Shown in pieces: positions 40,648 through 53,632 of a stretch of DNA of 64,000 bases. This stretch comes from Catajapyx aquilonaris (lineage: Eukaryota). The stretch's first letter is position 1; each line of letters opens with the position of its first letter. The notes under the pieces were generated by a model, which saw only the letters and a list, made by a program, of their open reading frames with translations, was not told the DNA's origin and did not search any database. The stretch lies in the NCBI GenBank assembly GCA_000934665.2, contig KZ538372.1, positions 1 through 64,000 of the forward strand, written 5' to 3'. Position numbers and translations under genes: made by a program.

Positions 40648-43600
40648 TATGCATTATTATCATTATCGTTGTTGCTGTTGTTATCCGATTACTTAAGTGT
40701 CAAAGGTGTTCTTCCTCTACCACAAAAAAATCGCGTGATTTGATCGTGCAAAAAATCAGTGGTTGCAAATTAAAAAGGGACAGTCCAATCCCACTAGTCA
40801 GTATTAATTAGCTCCACAATTATGCGGATTCTTCATCGCGCTGGCGGCATACTCGTGGGAAAATATAGCCCTAGTACAATAGTTAGCACTTGTGGGATTT
40901 TTTGGTACCTCGTCTGTGAAATCATGGCATTGCCTTCCTCTTTTTTTGCGATGCCATGACTCAATTACGACTTGACTCTAGGGGTTACGTGCAGTGCAAC
41001 AACTCTCTCCGGATCCAATTAGTTTCACCGGTCGCGATCATCTCGATCAAGAAGTTAGCTCGAAGTTAATATATCATGTTACATGCGTTCTACTACAGTG
41101 CTTGTTTCCTCCAATTCCTTTGCCAACTTCCGAGATCCTGACTGACACAAACAATTAGTTTCTCCTTCATTTCCGACCAAAACTTCCGCGGAATTTCTGC
41201 AATAAAAACAGTCCAGGACAAACCCACGCACCTGTGTCACGCACCTAGAATTAACCCATTCACTGTGTTAAATACTTCATCCGAGAGCGTGCAAAATGTG
41301 TGTCACCTCTCTTTTCATCCCAACCACGCTTCTGACTTGCTCACTTTCCACCAACCATCTGTATGCACTGTCTATTTGACTGCTTGTGGCTAATCCGATT
41401 TCAAATGGAAACATATTTGCACAACCAGCACCCGAGCAACGTGGCGTTTTCCTTCCTTTCCTCTCTATATATCCAAACCCACCCTTTTCCGGGACCGTTT
41501 ATAGCCGGGGCTTGGGTGCTTTCAATGTGATATGTGGCCTAGAAAAGCCATTCGATGGACTCGCGCCGTCGGAGGGTACACCGGGAGAAATGAGTTTCCT
41601 TTGTTTATATGAAAGGCTTGGCCCGTTGCATAACCTGGGCTTTAAAAGCGTCCGGTTGTTTGCTTATGGTATACGGTTCGAAAAACGTGGGGGGAAAATA
41701 TATGCCTCTTAATCAACCCCTAGGTTATTATCGCCTGTTGTTGGGAGTGCAAGTCACATCCGTATGAATTTCCATTACTTTTTTACATATTTTTCGTGCA
41801 CAGTGTAATCTATGGTTTAGGAGCTACAAATCCGAATTAGCCGAATGAAAACGCAAAACTAGGATTAGGCTCCTTTTTGTGGGTGGGCAGAGAAATTTGA
41901 GGATCAAGTGGCTTCCAACAATATTTTTATCCTACCAGAGAGGGGTGTCTCTAAATCATTTTGAATTATGTGTTGTTTCTCCACTTTCTAGTGAAATTTT
42001 TCCTGATCCTGATATGCAAAACAGTCACATGGTCGAAATTAACAGTTGAGCACATAACTGCTGATGTTCAATAGAACATTTAGATACTTTTGAATAAAAC
42101 CGATCATGCTATCACATACTTTCATGTTATAAAATCATTGTGGCTTTGATCGTTTTGATTTTCATGCCTTAAATTGTTCCGTTAATTTGTGCAAAATATT
42201 TGAACGAGATTACTGTAGGATCCTGACGAAACATTGTAAAATCTCTGGCTGTTTCATATGTAGAAATATTAAGAAGTGAGTAAATTGCATAATTTACATA
42301 TTTTTGAAAGAGTAAAATAATTCCTGATATGGATTAGTATTGACTACATGTTTTCCTTTTCGGATTCAGGCCGGTTTTACTTCCAAATCTATATCCTGAT
42401 TTTTTATTCAAGCCGAGTAGCTCCCCGAAGTCGAGGGCAATTGGTCACAGGTTCCCCCCGACGCCGTAATAAGAATTACCTCATGGAGTCCCCATCGACT
42501 CCATCTTCTCCTCATCAGCAGGCAAATCTCGTTGCAGAATTGGCTACTTAAAGAGTTGCTTGATTATGCCAACCACGAATCCTCTTACAGTCCTCGCTCC
42601 TTTTAACAGTTGCAATATACGAACTGTTTTTTAAAAAAGGGGGGGGAATTGGAGGCGTCGCTGTGATACACATATTGTAAATCTCGACAAAACAACAATT
42701 TGTCTCCAGTCAGTCATCCTGTCAGCGGGGGCTGAAGAACACTGACCCCCTAGGAGTACTGGGCCTTTAGAATAAAAAGTCAATTAGGGATCGAGTCTGC
42801 TGGGAGCGACGGCACAGATTCATATCCGAGACACTTGGTATTTTGGTGGACCCAGTGAGTCCATCTCTTTTCTCGCTTCCGGAAAAGCAGTGGCGCCCGT
42901 AAGGGTTGAAGAAAAAAAAATGGAGGCGACAAAGCCATCGATCCGGAGCCCGCCTTCTTCTTCTTCCAGTCAGGAGGAAAGTTCTTTTCTTGGTTTTTTT
43001 CTTCTTTCGAAGTATTTCCTTGCATGGAGAGAAGGTGCTTGCAGCGGGCGTCAGCAGCCTTCCTGTAGGGAATCCCCCGGAATTGAATCCAGTCGCCCTA
43101 CGCAACAGTCACGTCAGGAATTTAACAAGGCGTCTGAATTATTTATGGCCTGGTATATACGTGAGCCATGTTCCCACCGAGAGGAATCAGATTTGGAAAT
43201 TATGGGTTGGCATCTATCATACTGGTCTAGACCGATTTGTCCAATGAACGGCCAATTGGCAGCTCGCAATTTCTTAATAAAGAGAACTGGCCCATGATCC
43301 ACTCACATCAATTCGTGATCCTTGTTTCGCAATCGGTGTATAGCCATTTTGCAATGTACTCTGGTTCTATACACATGGATAAAACTAGTTCAACTGCTAA
43401 TGAGCTCCGAGTTTTGAATAACAGCGAAATATTTCCTGGAACTTACAATGGGACGTGAGCTAATTATGACTCCCCAGTAAAGTCCCGGCTCTAGGAAGAA
43501 ATGTTGGAACTAAACCACTAATGAGTTGGAGGATATCCTTTCGTCAACCAGGCTGAGCCGAAGTTGGCTGCTAAAATGTCGCCCTCACCTGACGCATAGC

Positions 43601-46600
43601 ATTTTTCAGCCCGAGAGCAAACACAACCCTAATTTTCAAAGTTCATGGACACTCTACACGTAGTACAGCATATAGAAAACTCGCAGGTAAAGCATTCAAA
43701 GAGACCAAAAATAGTCGGTGTATGCATAGTAAAAATAACACTATTTCCATCGCAGCACTCGTGTGGCAAAATTAGATCGCAGTATAAGTGTTGCATCAAA
43801 CTCTCTTTTTTGGCAAAAAAAAAAAGAGAAACCCATTTTTTTCTCTTTTCCTCTGCCCACTAATCATGTATTCTCTTTGCGTGATTCCGCTTCTTTGGAT
43901 TCGCAGTCACGTTTCGTCTTTCCTGTCGTGTCTCCAGGGAACTGGAAAGACCGCCGTGGCGACTTGGGAGAAGTGTTTAAAAGGCGGAAATGCAGCCATG
44001 TTTCTTTCCAGAAGGCAGTGGGGGAAATCCTGCCCCTTGAATTTCAAAAGGTGAATAGTTGGAAGCTTAAGATGACCCAGCCAAGTTATCACCACCCATG
44101 TTATCTAACCAGCAAAGACCCTTTTCATAAACTCCGCAACTCACTGGCTATCATTGTCCTGACCGGAACAAACGAAATGCAAATCCCAACAACAGCCTCA
44201 AGTTGAGGTAACAAACTTTGAATGCAAACCGCAACCATGACGCAGAGGAGTTCACCGTCACCCGCCACGGTTTACATGACTTCATCAAAATATACATCAT
44301 ACAGTCTGGCTTTTGCTTTCAATGCCTCCCCTGCGGGTCATCCTCTTTGTTCTAGCCATGCATTCAGGTCAACTTATAAGTTGTCAGCTGCCTAGATATG
44401 CTTGTGCGCAACATTGAATAGACTGAAAATTTTGCTAAAATAAATAATGTTTTTGTGTGCACAATATTCGCAATGTCCCAAGTGGTACGGAGCGTGATAA
44501 TTTCATTAGTACAGCGGTTATCCGGCTCATCACCCTGATCAACACTCGGCATCTTCAGACTGTAACCGTCTCTAGTCCCCGGAAGGAATGCATCCAGTCT
44601 GCACTTCCTCAACTAATTACATACCAGACGTGGCCCCAAAGTCGGCTATGAGGAACCGAAGGAATTTAATTGGCGTCAGGCCGATTAGATCATGTCAAGC
44701 CTACTGGTGGGTTTAAAAAAATAATAAACATTTTGCAAAATGCTCGTACACACATAATTGGCGGTGGGAGAGAAACCGTATGTATGATTCTGGGGTTTGA
44801 AACCACAGGCTGGTCGGAGCCCGAATTTAACACCGGGCGGAACTTAATTCCTCTCTTGCGAGAGAGGCCAGGAATATGAGCCGACAATAAATTAAATTTG
44901 GGGGATTTGGTGGGGGAGCCCCAAGTCTGGGTGTATATACATGAGGATAATGCAACCGCTGCTGCTCCAACTTCCTCCAGGCGCTAGGCATCAGTTGGGA
45001 CACAACCTGGGTACCATGAGTTTCAGGGAGAGCTGTGATTAAGTCGAGAAAGTGAAATTGGTGCAGACTGACATTAACGAAACAATTTCATAAATTTGGA
45101 TTAGTTGCTGTTATTGAAGACAATCATGCCAGGCTTGTAGTCTGAAGCACCATTTTTTAAAATATACGTACAGTATCGTACCATAATAATGAACGTATTA
45201 AATGTTTGCTGTTATGGCCAGAGTGAAACTTGTGTACTGTACAGCAGAGTTGTTGGAAAAATTTCGTAACTTGTTAGGTTTCGGCTACAGGCCTAAGGGT
45301 AGGTCAGCCCAAGTCCACAATCCAAGAGGGGAGGAGGTAGAAACGTTATGGATTGTTTATAGCACACTTCTACCTCAGATTATGTACCTGAGAATTGTAC
45401 CGATTCATTAAAAATTCGTCCAAATCAGATAATTAGAATCGGTAATTACTACAAATAGGAAACGTTCTGAGATCAAGTGATTCCAGATCCTCCAAACAGT
45501 CTCCAGACCTTTTGAGGACAGAAAAAAAAGAGAAATCAGCGCCATCCCACTCCGGCGGTATTGTTGCTCGTCGTCGTGGAGCGTTTCCCAAACGGCGTCG
45601 ACCGAATTGGTTTCGATTTCATTTCATTGGCAATAGTTTTAGAACTGCCTCGGCAGTCGCCTTTAAACCAGTCGTGCACAAGTTTCGGAAGAGAGGCGGA
45701 AGCAGACCGTCATCTCCGGCCAAGTATGCGGCACGTGGTAAAAATGGAAGGTTTGGGAAGTGGTGCAAGTCCATAATCCAGCCAAAGGAAAAGGGGGGTG
45801 GATTGAGGCTGGGTAGGGTGTGGGGCGTGGAGCTAGGCAGAGAGGCGCCTCTACGCCAAGATAGATAGATAGTTAGATGGAACGAGGAGCGGAGTGTGTA
45901 GGGTTGGAAAAGGGGGGGTGGAAACGGCGGTGCCCATGGAAACCATGCACTCCCCGAGTGGAAGGGGTTGCCGAGGCAACGATGACAGCCTCTGGGCTCC
46001 GGACCCACCCAAACTGTGCTTTTAATTGATTTGGCAAGTCAGCTTTCCAGGGCAGACACTGCACGATAATTCCGCTCTTTACTACCGCTGCGCTTGCTAC
46101 TTTTCCATTCATCTCTCTCTCTCTGAGCTCCTCTGGAAAATTCGGGGAGTGGTGGCTACGCCCCTTTTTTCTGATCCTATATACAGACGGCAGTGTGGAT
46201 GGTCATGATGGCGGCGGCGCCACGGCGCCTCAATATCCGGGATTCCCGGTGCTCAGTCTCCGGCCCCGAAAAAGTCCCGGATTCGACGTTTCAGTTTGCC
46301 TAGTGTTTTATTCCTGGTTTTACGCTTGATTGAAGGTCCCGCTTGGGACGACGGGGAGGGATAAAAAAAGTCCTGGTTTTTCCGAGTGTCTTAGCCGAGA
46401 TGTCCGTCAGAAATGTCAGTCGTTGCTTCAAATATTGGAAGATGGCTGATAATACTGGACAGCCTGGATTCAACAGTACAGTACATTGCTCTCCGTTTTT
46501 ATTGGCGAGTCGAAAAAATAATGTCATATCTGCCTGGTTTTAATGAAAAGATTGGGTGTGCGTTCCTTTCGAATGCCAGAGTGAATACCGCAGAGCTGAG

Positions 46601-49560
46601 TAGTACCAGTACTGAAAATAACTGCTTAACCGCAACCGCCCACTGCATTCATTTAGCCATCTGCCCTCGCTACAACAGTGCTCAGGATTTCTCTACTATG
46701 GTTCAAATTATTGGTTGTACTTCTCAGTCTCGCAATGTGGTAAATAAATATTCGTGCCAAAAGTCTACAATCATATGAACCTGCAAAAAATATATTTACA
46801 AGTGCGGCTAAATCTCAGTTAAGTTATAGATTATGTATATGGGATGTACAGCACTCGCGGTATGCAGACCTTGCTCAAGTTTTATGACCATTGCGAAACA
46901 AAATTGCGGGGCATGTGCCCCATTTGTGCCGACTTTTACGACCATTCTGAAGCAGCTCTCACACGCCCAAAAACGAGACACTCGCATTCCCCTCCCATCA
47001 TATTTAAAGTCAGAGTGATAGTTGTAGTGCGCACCATCTGTCAAAGGACAAACTCCCCGCGAAGTAATGAAGAAGAGTAAACAAGGTCTTGACCGTGGCT
47101 CTAGTAGCTGGGAAGGCCGCAACGAGCTTGATTCGAGCCCCCGGAAACTCCAGGGCAAAACGAGGGCAAGGCAGTGAGACAGAGGCACCCAACACAACCA
47201 GTCCTTGAGGCCAATTAAGCTCCACTGATGCCCAAACTCTTTCCCAGTAGCCCGTGGGCGAACACCCAGGCCAAGCCCAGATGTACTCTGGATTTACCAG
47301 CAATATTCCGAGGGAGTCAGGTGCATAGGACTAAAACCCTGGCTTTGGGATCGACCAAAACCTTAGTTCTATATCATGCTATGCCCTGCAAATAACAAGC
47401 ACGTTTTTTTTGTAACTCGAGTGGTAGGCCTATGCAAAAAGAGGAAACTCGTTCTAGGTCTAACGAGTGCGGTGTGCTCTGTGATTGCCCCCAAAATGGG
47501 ACGCTTTTTGCTCTGAAATCGTTTCAAAAGGTACGATATATGGAAACCTCGCTATTTGGCAATGCAGGTAGCTTTCAAACACTTTGCGTGCACTGTACTG
47601 TACAGTCTGCCTTTTCATCCTGTTTACAAGTATTCGAGGAAAGTATGATTTTTACTCGCAATTTATTGCAAAGCAGTGGAATTGAAATGATGAAATGTTG
47701 CTGATAATGTATAGCTTTATTCGCGTAATCTTTATTGAATTGGTTCATTGCACTGGATGATCATGTGGGAAATAAATCCGACCTGTGTTTAGGTCGACAT
47801 GAAGACACGGTGAGAAATGGATATTCCGTCAACACCTTCTGTAAGTAGTGAGACTCTCCTTGCAGAAAATGAGCTATGCTCAGCGTGTCATAAATATTCA
47901 GAAGCTTCCAATGCATAATGATCACTCCACCAGATACCGGCACTTCTCTCAAAGCCCCCAGCTGCTGCCAGTCGCCAAGAAAACAGCATAAGTGTGAGCT
48001 GTCTCCTGTGATTTCATGCCATCCTTTCCCACCCTTACATTTTAAAACTACCCCCCAAAATTTTGTTAACTTAAAAGCAGGTAGTGTTACAGCATTTACC
48101 CGGGCATGATCGCCGCGAAAGGAAAACGTGGGAAATCCATTTAAAGGGCCGCTAGTGCTTGTCTGCTCCGATCAACAGCCCCTGCCGGTACACCCCTTTC
48201 CCCAATCTGACAACCTGGGTCTCTCCATCCAAGCCAAGGCTCAGTTTGTATATACTTCTATCGAGTGGGTACCGTACCTACTCGTATGCGATGAGAGCCC
48301 AACCATGTCGTGAGGTCCTTCTAAAAAACCACACCTTCTGTTGCATATGTATAGAATTTTTCATTATTTTCATGGGGCATATTTCATTCAGGGTTGTCTC
48401 CATTCTTGGGCAAGATGCGGCCGTCGCTGCGATTTTCTTTCGGAGCTTTGCAGCCTGCACGTTTTGGAAACGGGGTCGCATTTATTATTCAACTTTGCCA
48501 TTTCATGCGCAACGCTGCTTTTGCCCAGGACTTGGCAAAAGGGAGAGAGCACACACTAGATGCGTTTTACTGGAAAAACCCAAACTGCATTAGCTCCGGT
48601 ATTAATTACAAAAACCGGGCTAATCCTTGGGTCTGATGAATGACATTTATCTGAGTATCGATTCTAGGCTGGCTCTTCCTCTTAGCGTTTTGTGTGAGGG
48701 TACCATCAATCATGGTGCCCCTTTTTCTTGTGGTTAAAAAAAAGTGTCTCGCGTGTTGGCCGCTATTACTAGACTCTGCAGCATCCTAATGCTAAGCCCC
48801 ACATCAGTGAGGGGGAAAGCTGTAAGCAAATAATCTGCCCAAACTTTTACAATAATTCATCTGGCGTGGGAATTTTCTGCTTAACCTCCAAACCGCGTTG
48901 GATTTGTCCACAAAAAAATTAGTAGTAACAATTGCGCTCCAAGTACAGGAGAAAAAGGTTATACTTCCATGAATATATTGTGTTGTGAAAATTGTCCCCT
49001 CAGTCCCTGAGAAGTCAAGAGGTGGCCGAGAGGTGAGGCCGCTGTGGGAGATTTTGGCAACGATTTTCTGAGGGGGAAACTACCGGCACTTGAGCGGCAC
49101 AGGGCTGTTTCCAAGCGAGATCATTTTACGGCCAGCGGATATTACCGGAAATGACTCGAGCGTCTTCAGCATCTCGACGGTGGATGGTTGATGCCCTCCG
49201 GATTTCCGCCGGTTTCCAAATAATTGCGTGACATTAATTGACACGAAAACCTTCAGGGTTGAGGTTGTCTTGACGCCAATGCCATGCAAATCAGACGGGG
49301 TTGTAACTCCGTTTAGTACCTTCACCACGTGCAAATCGGGACCCCCGGAGTTGGCCTAGGGTTATGGGGGACACGTTTTCCTCGATGAGCGCATTTCCCG
49401 TGATGTACGATGGACATGGTGTCAGCGCCAAATGTAGCCAATTCCGGAAAGAGGGGGCCGTTAGCGTAGCTATTACTCATTTAACTCCCAAGTGGTTCAC
49501 CTAACCTGAAGCATGCCATGGCAGTAAGTGGGCTTGTTCCCTTATTCATCAGCCAACAGC

Positions 49561-49795
49561 CCTGTGAAACATCAGGATTTCAATATCTCAGGGAAATAAT
49601 GCACAAATATCGAATCAAATTCGATATCTCTAATATCTCGATATATATGGTCCTGTGAAACATCGGTATTTCAATGTCTCAGAGAAATGATGCACAAAAA
49701 TATCGAATCACATTCGATATCTCGTGTGAAACATCGGGATTTTAATGTCTCAGAGAAATGATGCACAAAAAATATCGAATCACATGCGATATCTC
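49561..49795. repeat. Tandem repeat, about 70-72-bp unit x3, each with an internal palindrome
   Basis: Copies start at 49561, 49652 and about 49725 (TGTGAAACATC.G.ATTT.AAT.TCTCAG.GAAAT.ATGCACAAA...ATATCGAATCA.AT.CGATATCTC). Confidence 0.88.
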
Positions 49796-52700
49796 AAATA
49801 TTTTGATATACGTATACCGTCACGTATAGCAAAATTGATACAGCAATCAATACCGCAAATTCGATATATCGACGATCCCATTCGATATATCGACGTTAAT
49901 TGAGCCCGATTAAAACGGTTCAATTTGGGTGAGATGTTGACCAGTCCGGTCCATTCCATCAGAGCAGCAAACACTAAGATTGTGTACATTCATTGCTTTC
50001 TCCTCTCAGGAGAATCACAACTTGTCCAGTTGTCCCCAAGTATGGCCGCGACTGAAAAGCCTTCGAACCGTGCCAAATGCTCCGTTGTTGTTTTTTTCTT
50101 GACAATCTTGTTGTTTTTTTGTCTTGATGCAGCATAATGCAGTTGGCATGGTGCCATGGGAAGCTAGCTTTTGTGCCGACCTGAAAAGAGTGTGACAGAT
50201 AGCTTTTGTTTGCGTGTGCGTGCTTGCCATTGACTCAGATGCAGCGGTGTGCTCTATTGTGATACACTAATTTATGGGCTTATGAAGAAGGAAAAGGGTT
50301 AGCACGTGGTAAGCATGATGACTCGTAAGGAGACCTGAAAAAAATTAGCAAAAGATTAATGCAATGCGCTAAATTTCCTTTAGCGCTGCCAGAGAGAGCA
50401 AAAGTGCAAAAAAAAGTTGAAACTGCAGCATTGGTCTGCTGGATCTCTGCCACTGCCGCCCTTGCTTCGGGCCAAGGATTTCTTCGCGTCTCTGGTAGCG
50501 ATAACGCGTGGATGAAACAATAATTTTATACTCGATATGCGCCCAGTGGAAAACCCCCTGCTCTGCGACATTTTGCCAGAAAAGACGCCCATTGGCTGAA
50601 ACGTCGTGACAAAAATCCTACCTTGGCGGTTGCCGATTCTGGAAATCCTCAGGTAAACATAACATTCACATGTTGTAGCAAGCTGGATTTTATTTTTCGC
50701 CAAAATTCCATCCAGATTTTCATAATGATGAAGAAAAGGTTAGGCCATTAGGTTGAGCACAAAAGGAAATGAAAAGCAAGAGTTGTGAGATCATTTGCGG
50801 GGATGGGGAGTTCGGATTTCCTGGGCTCTGAATCCCACCTGTGAGATAAGATTATTATTCTATCGACCAGCTTTTCCTGCGGTGGTGAGTGGGATTGGAC
50901 TGGAAATGACTGCAAGGGGCTAATATGCCTTTTGAAGGGATTATGGAGGTCCATAACTTGGCTGGAGGAAAAGTAGAATGAAGAGTAATGAAAAGAACGT
51001 GCTGTGTGGTGATGCATGATGAATGAACCTTCTACAGATATACTTTTTTCAGAGAGAAAATAAACCCACGACTTTACCATTCATCATCGACGTTTTCTCG
51101 AGCCTCCTTTCCTTAAATTCGGCTCAGTAATCGAATTGGGTTTAATTTCCTGTTGCCATTCCCTCGAACAAACAGTCATCAGTTGACCCTGCGTTTTTTT
51201 CTCTTCAAATCACGGTTAGTTAACAACAGCCAGCAAATTCGTGGATGGAATTTCTCAAGCTCACAAAAGCTTTTACAGTACGCATGAATTGTTTTACAAC
51301 CGAATGGTTTTACCAGAGGAAAAGGAACTGTCATGTTCCTTAGAAGGAAGAGGAACTGTGCGTAAAAAATATGGTGCTGATTTCATCTCTGCTTCAGAAG
51401 CAGAAAAAATTAAGGTCTGCTATTGCATCAGTTTCGTTTATAACTCTTCCTGAAATAGACTGCAAAATGTAGAAATGGTGTGGTTTGACATGAACAACTC
51501 CCTAAAGCGAACTAGCGAATCAATGCTGTTTTGCAGGCTGGAATGAACAGCACAAAGGGCACAGAGGAATGTGAGGAAAATTTTGACCAACGCAGCAACA
51601 CCAAAGAATTTCTCTTTGCTAGCAGATTTTTTAAAAAACCCTTACTCGAAATATATATATATTTTCTCTCTAAAAGCGGAAATGGAAGGACCAGAAAGTG
51701 AGTTGTGGTCCTGGAAATACGTTGAGCTCCACCGCAACCAGGAATCATGAGATAACACTGGGGAGCACGGTTTGTCAGATCAGGCTATCAATATGCTTCC
51801 CCAGACAGCTGACCCGCTTTCCATGACTTATATCCAGATTTCTAGCTCTTCTCCCCGACAAAAACTTGGAAATGCTGGAAGAAGCCGAGCTAAAAAAATG
51901 GGGCCCGTACAACTACAGATATGTTTCCAATTCCTTCTGGAAATCTCCTATCTATACAATGGGCTATATATATAAAAAAATATTGGTTTCCACAATTTTA
52001 TGAGTCCACATTTTCGATTTTTGGTTGCCCCAAATGTTGACACGTTCCCAAGATGATGAGACCTGTAAATAAAGTCGAGGGAGGTTGAAAGACGTTCCCA
52101 GGTACAAAAATAATGCTTTCAAGTGCCTGCCCAGCCTGGGCATCGCTCACCATTATCTTCGACAGCGGATCGCACTGCGTCTTTTCTCCTCGTGCCCATC
52201 TCGTCATACCTGCGAACACTAGGGTTTGACAGGGTACATCATGATTTATGTTAGCCAAGAGAGCAATTTCTTCCGGGGATAATATAATGGGTCGCATGAT
52301 CTGGGGGCAAGAGTGGTAAATAGAGGCAAAGAGGAAGCAAGTGTTAAAATATTTTAGAATACTGTACCTATAGTTTGGTTATAGAGTCAAGTCCATTATA
52401 ATTTCGCACAAATGCGAGAGCAGAGGTTCGTAAAGCTCAATTGTTTCCTGGAACCACCAGACGAGCCATTCGTATTTTTGCGATGTGAATGAGGGACTAA
52501 TTACTGTGAGAGTGCCCTCATTTGCATGATATTCGAACCTGCGGGGAAGAAGTAGAAATTTCCCAAGTAGAAGTCACCTCAAGACCAGCCGGGATTTGAG
52601 TCCAAAATGTCAAATCATTTGGGCCGAAAATTGAACAAAAATCATTGCATTCCCGAAGATGATTAATGCCTCCTGCCACTGTGTACATGCAATTTGGACG

Positions 52701-53565
52701 AAATAATAGTCCATTGTAGATCCAATCGCCAGAAAAATTACCCCCCAATTTTGATTTTGTCCGTGACGCCACCGCATCCCTAGTTATTATTGAACGCGAT
52801 GCGTGTTATCATTCAACTTCCGCCATAGTCTAATTCATCCCTATTACCGGAAGCTATCATCAGGATATCGTCCAATTTTGCCCTATCCGCAATAAGCCAG
52901 CAATCCCGGATTTTCTTGTCTTCACTATACAGCATATCCTTAGAGGCGCCTCTTCCATGATACCCAACCCTAACCATTGATTCGGTTGGCCCACGCGATA
53001 TATCAGAATACAAACACACGCGCACGCACCGGTCCTGGAAACTCTTTAAAAAAAATTGTCTCCCGGTATGTCCATCATTGCGGGGGTGTGCGTTTGGGTG
53101 TGGATCTCTTTTCCTCTCCCTTGCCAGCTATCGATCGTGGCGACAATCATCGGAGGGGCGTCTGTGAGGCAACCACCCCCACCCTCGACTCTCTACCAAC
53201 CAACCAACTACCACACACGCATATTTCCAACCCTAGAGAGGAACCTCGGTGTCGGAAGACAGCAAAGTGCTGGCAGTTTGGTCCCGCTTCTGCGCGACGG
53301 ACACCCACTGTCTGCTGGGAGAGCCAGCCGAACAAACCGGGCGTTTTCTCTCTACTCTCTGCCGAAAACCCTGCGAAATATTTTGGAGCCGGCCACGAAA
53401 AGTGTTTCGAAGAACCTCGGTGCATGCGGATACCACCAATTCAACCAGGGGGTGGGGGGAGGGGGGGTGGTAGTGGCAGAAGAACCACTAGTGTTGAAGT
53501 GGAGGAAGTTGTTCCTCGTGGTGGTCAGTTTGTGAGGATGGAGTAGTGTCACATAGTTTTCGACC

Positions 53566-53632
53566 ATGTCGCAAAAGGCCAACTCTTCGGCACCTTTGCC
53601 GGTTGCCAAGGAGTCACCGACGGCGCCTGCAG
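53566..53632 (+). CDS. Candidate first coding exon (22 codons + 1 nt, phase 1) of an unidentified large gene transcribed away from DCP1
   Basis: ACC-ATG start, peptide MSQKANSSAPLPVAKESPTAPA, and donor CAG|GTATGG. An Inr-like TCAGTT lies at 53525-53530, downstream of a CpG-rich promoter-like region (about 53000-53470). The peptide is not recognisable on its own. Confidence 0.45.

Noticed and set aside
43533..43541. U12-type donor ATATCCTTT (and GTATCCTT at 13801), attractive because calcium channel genes carry U12 introns
   Set aside because: The upstream sequence does not encode a channel exon (it reads ...KPLMSWR, not ...IVEWK), and such 8-9-mers are expected by chance in 64 kb.
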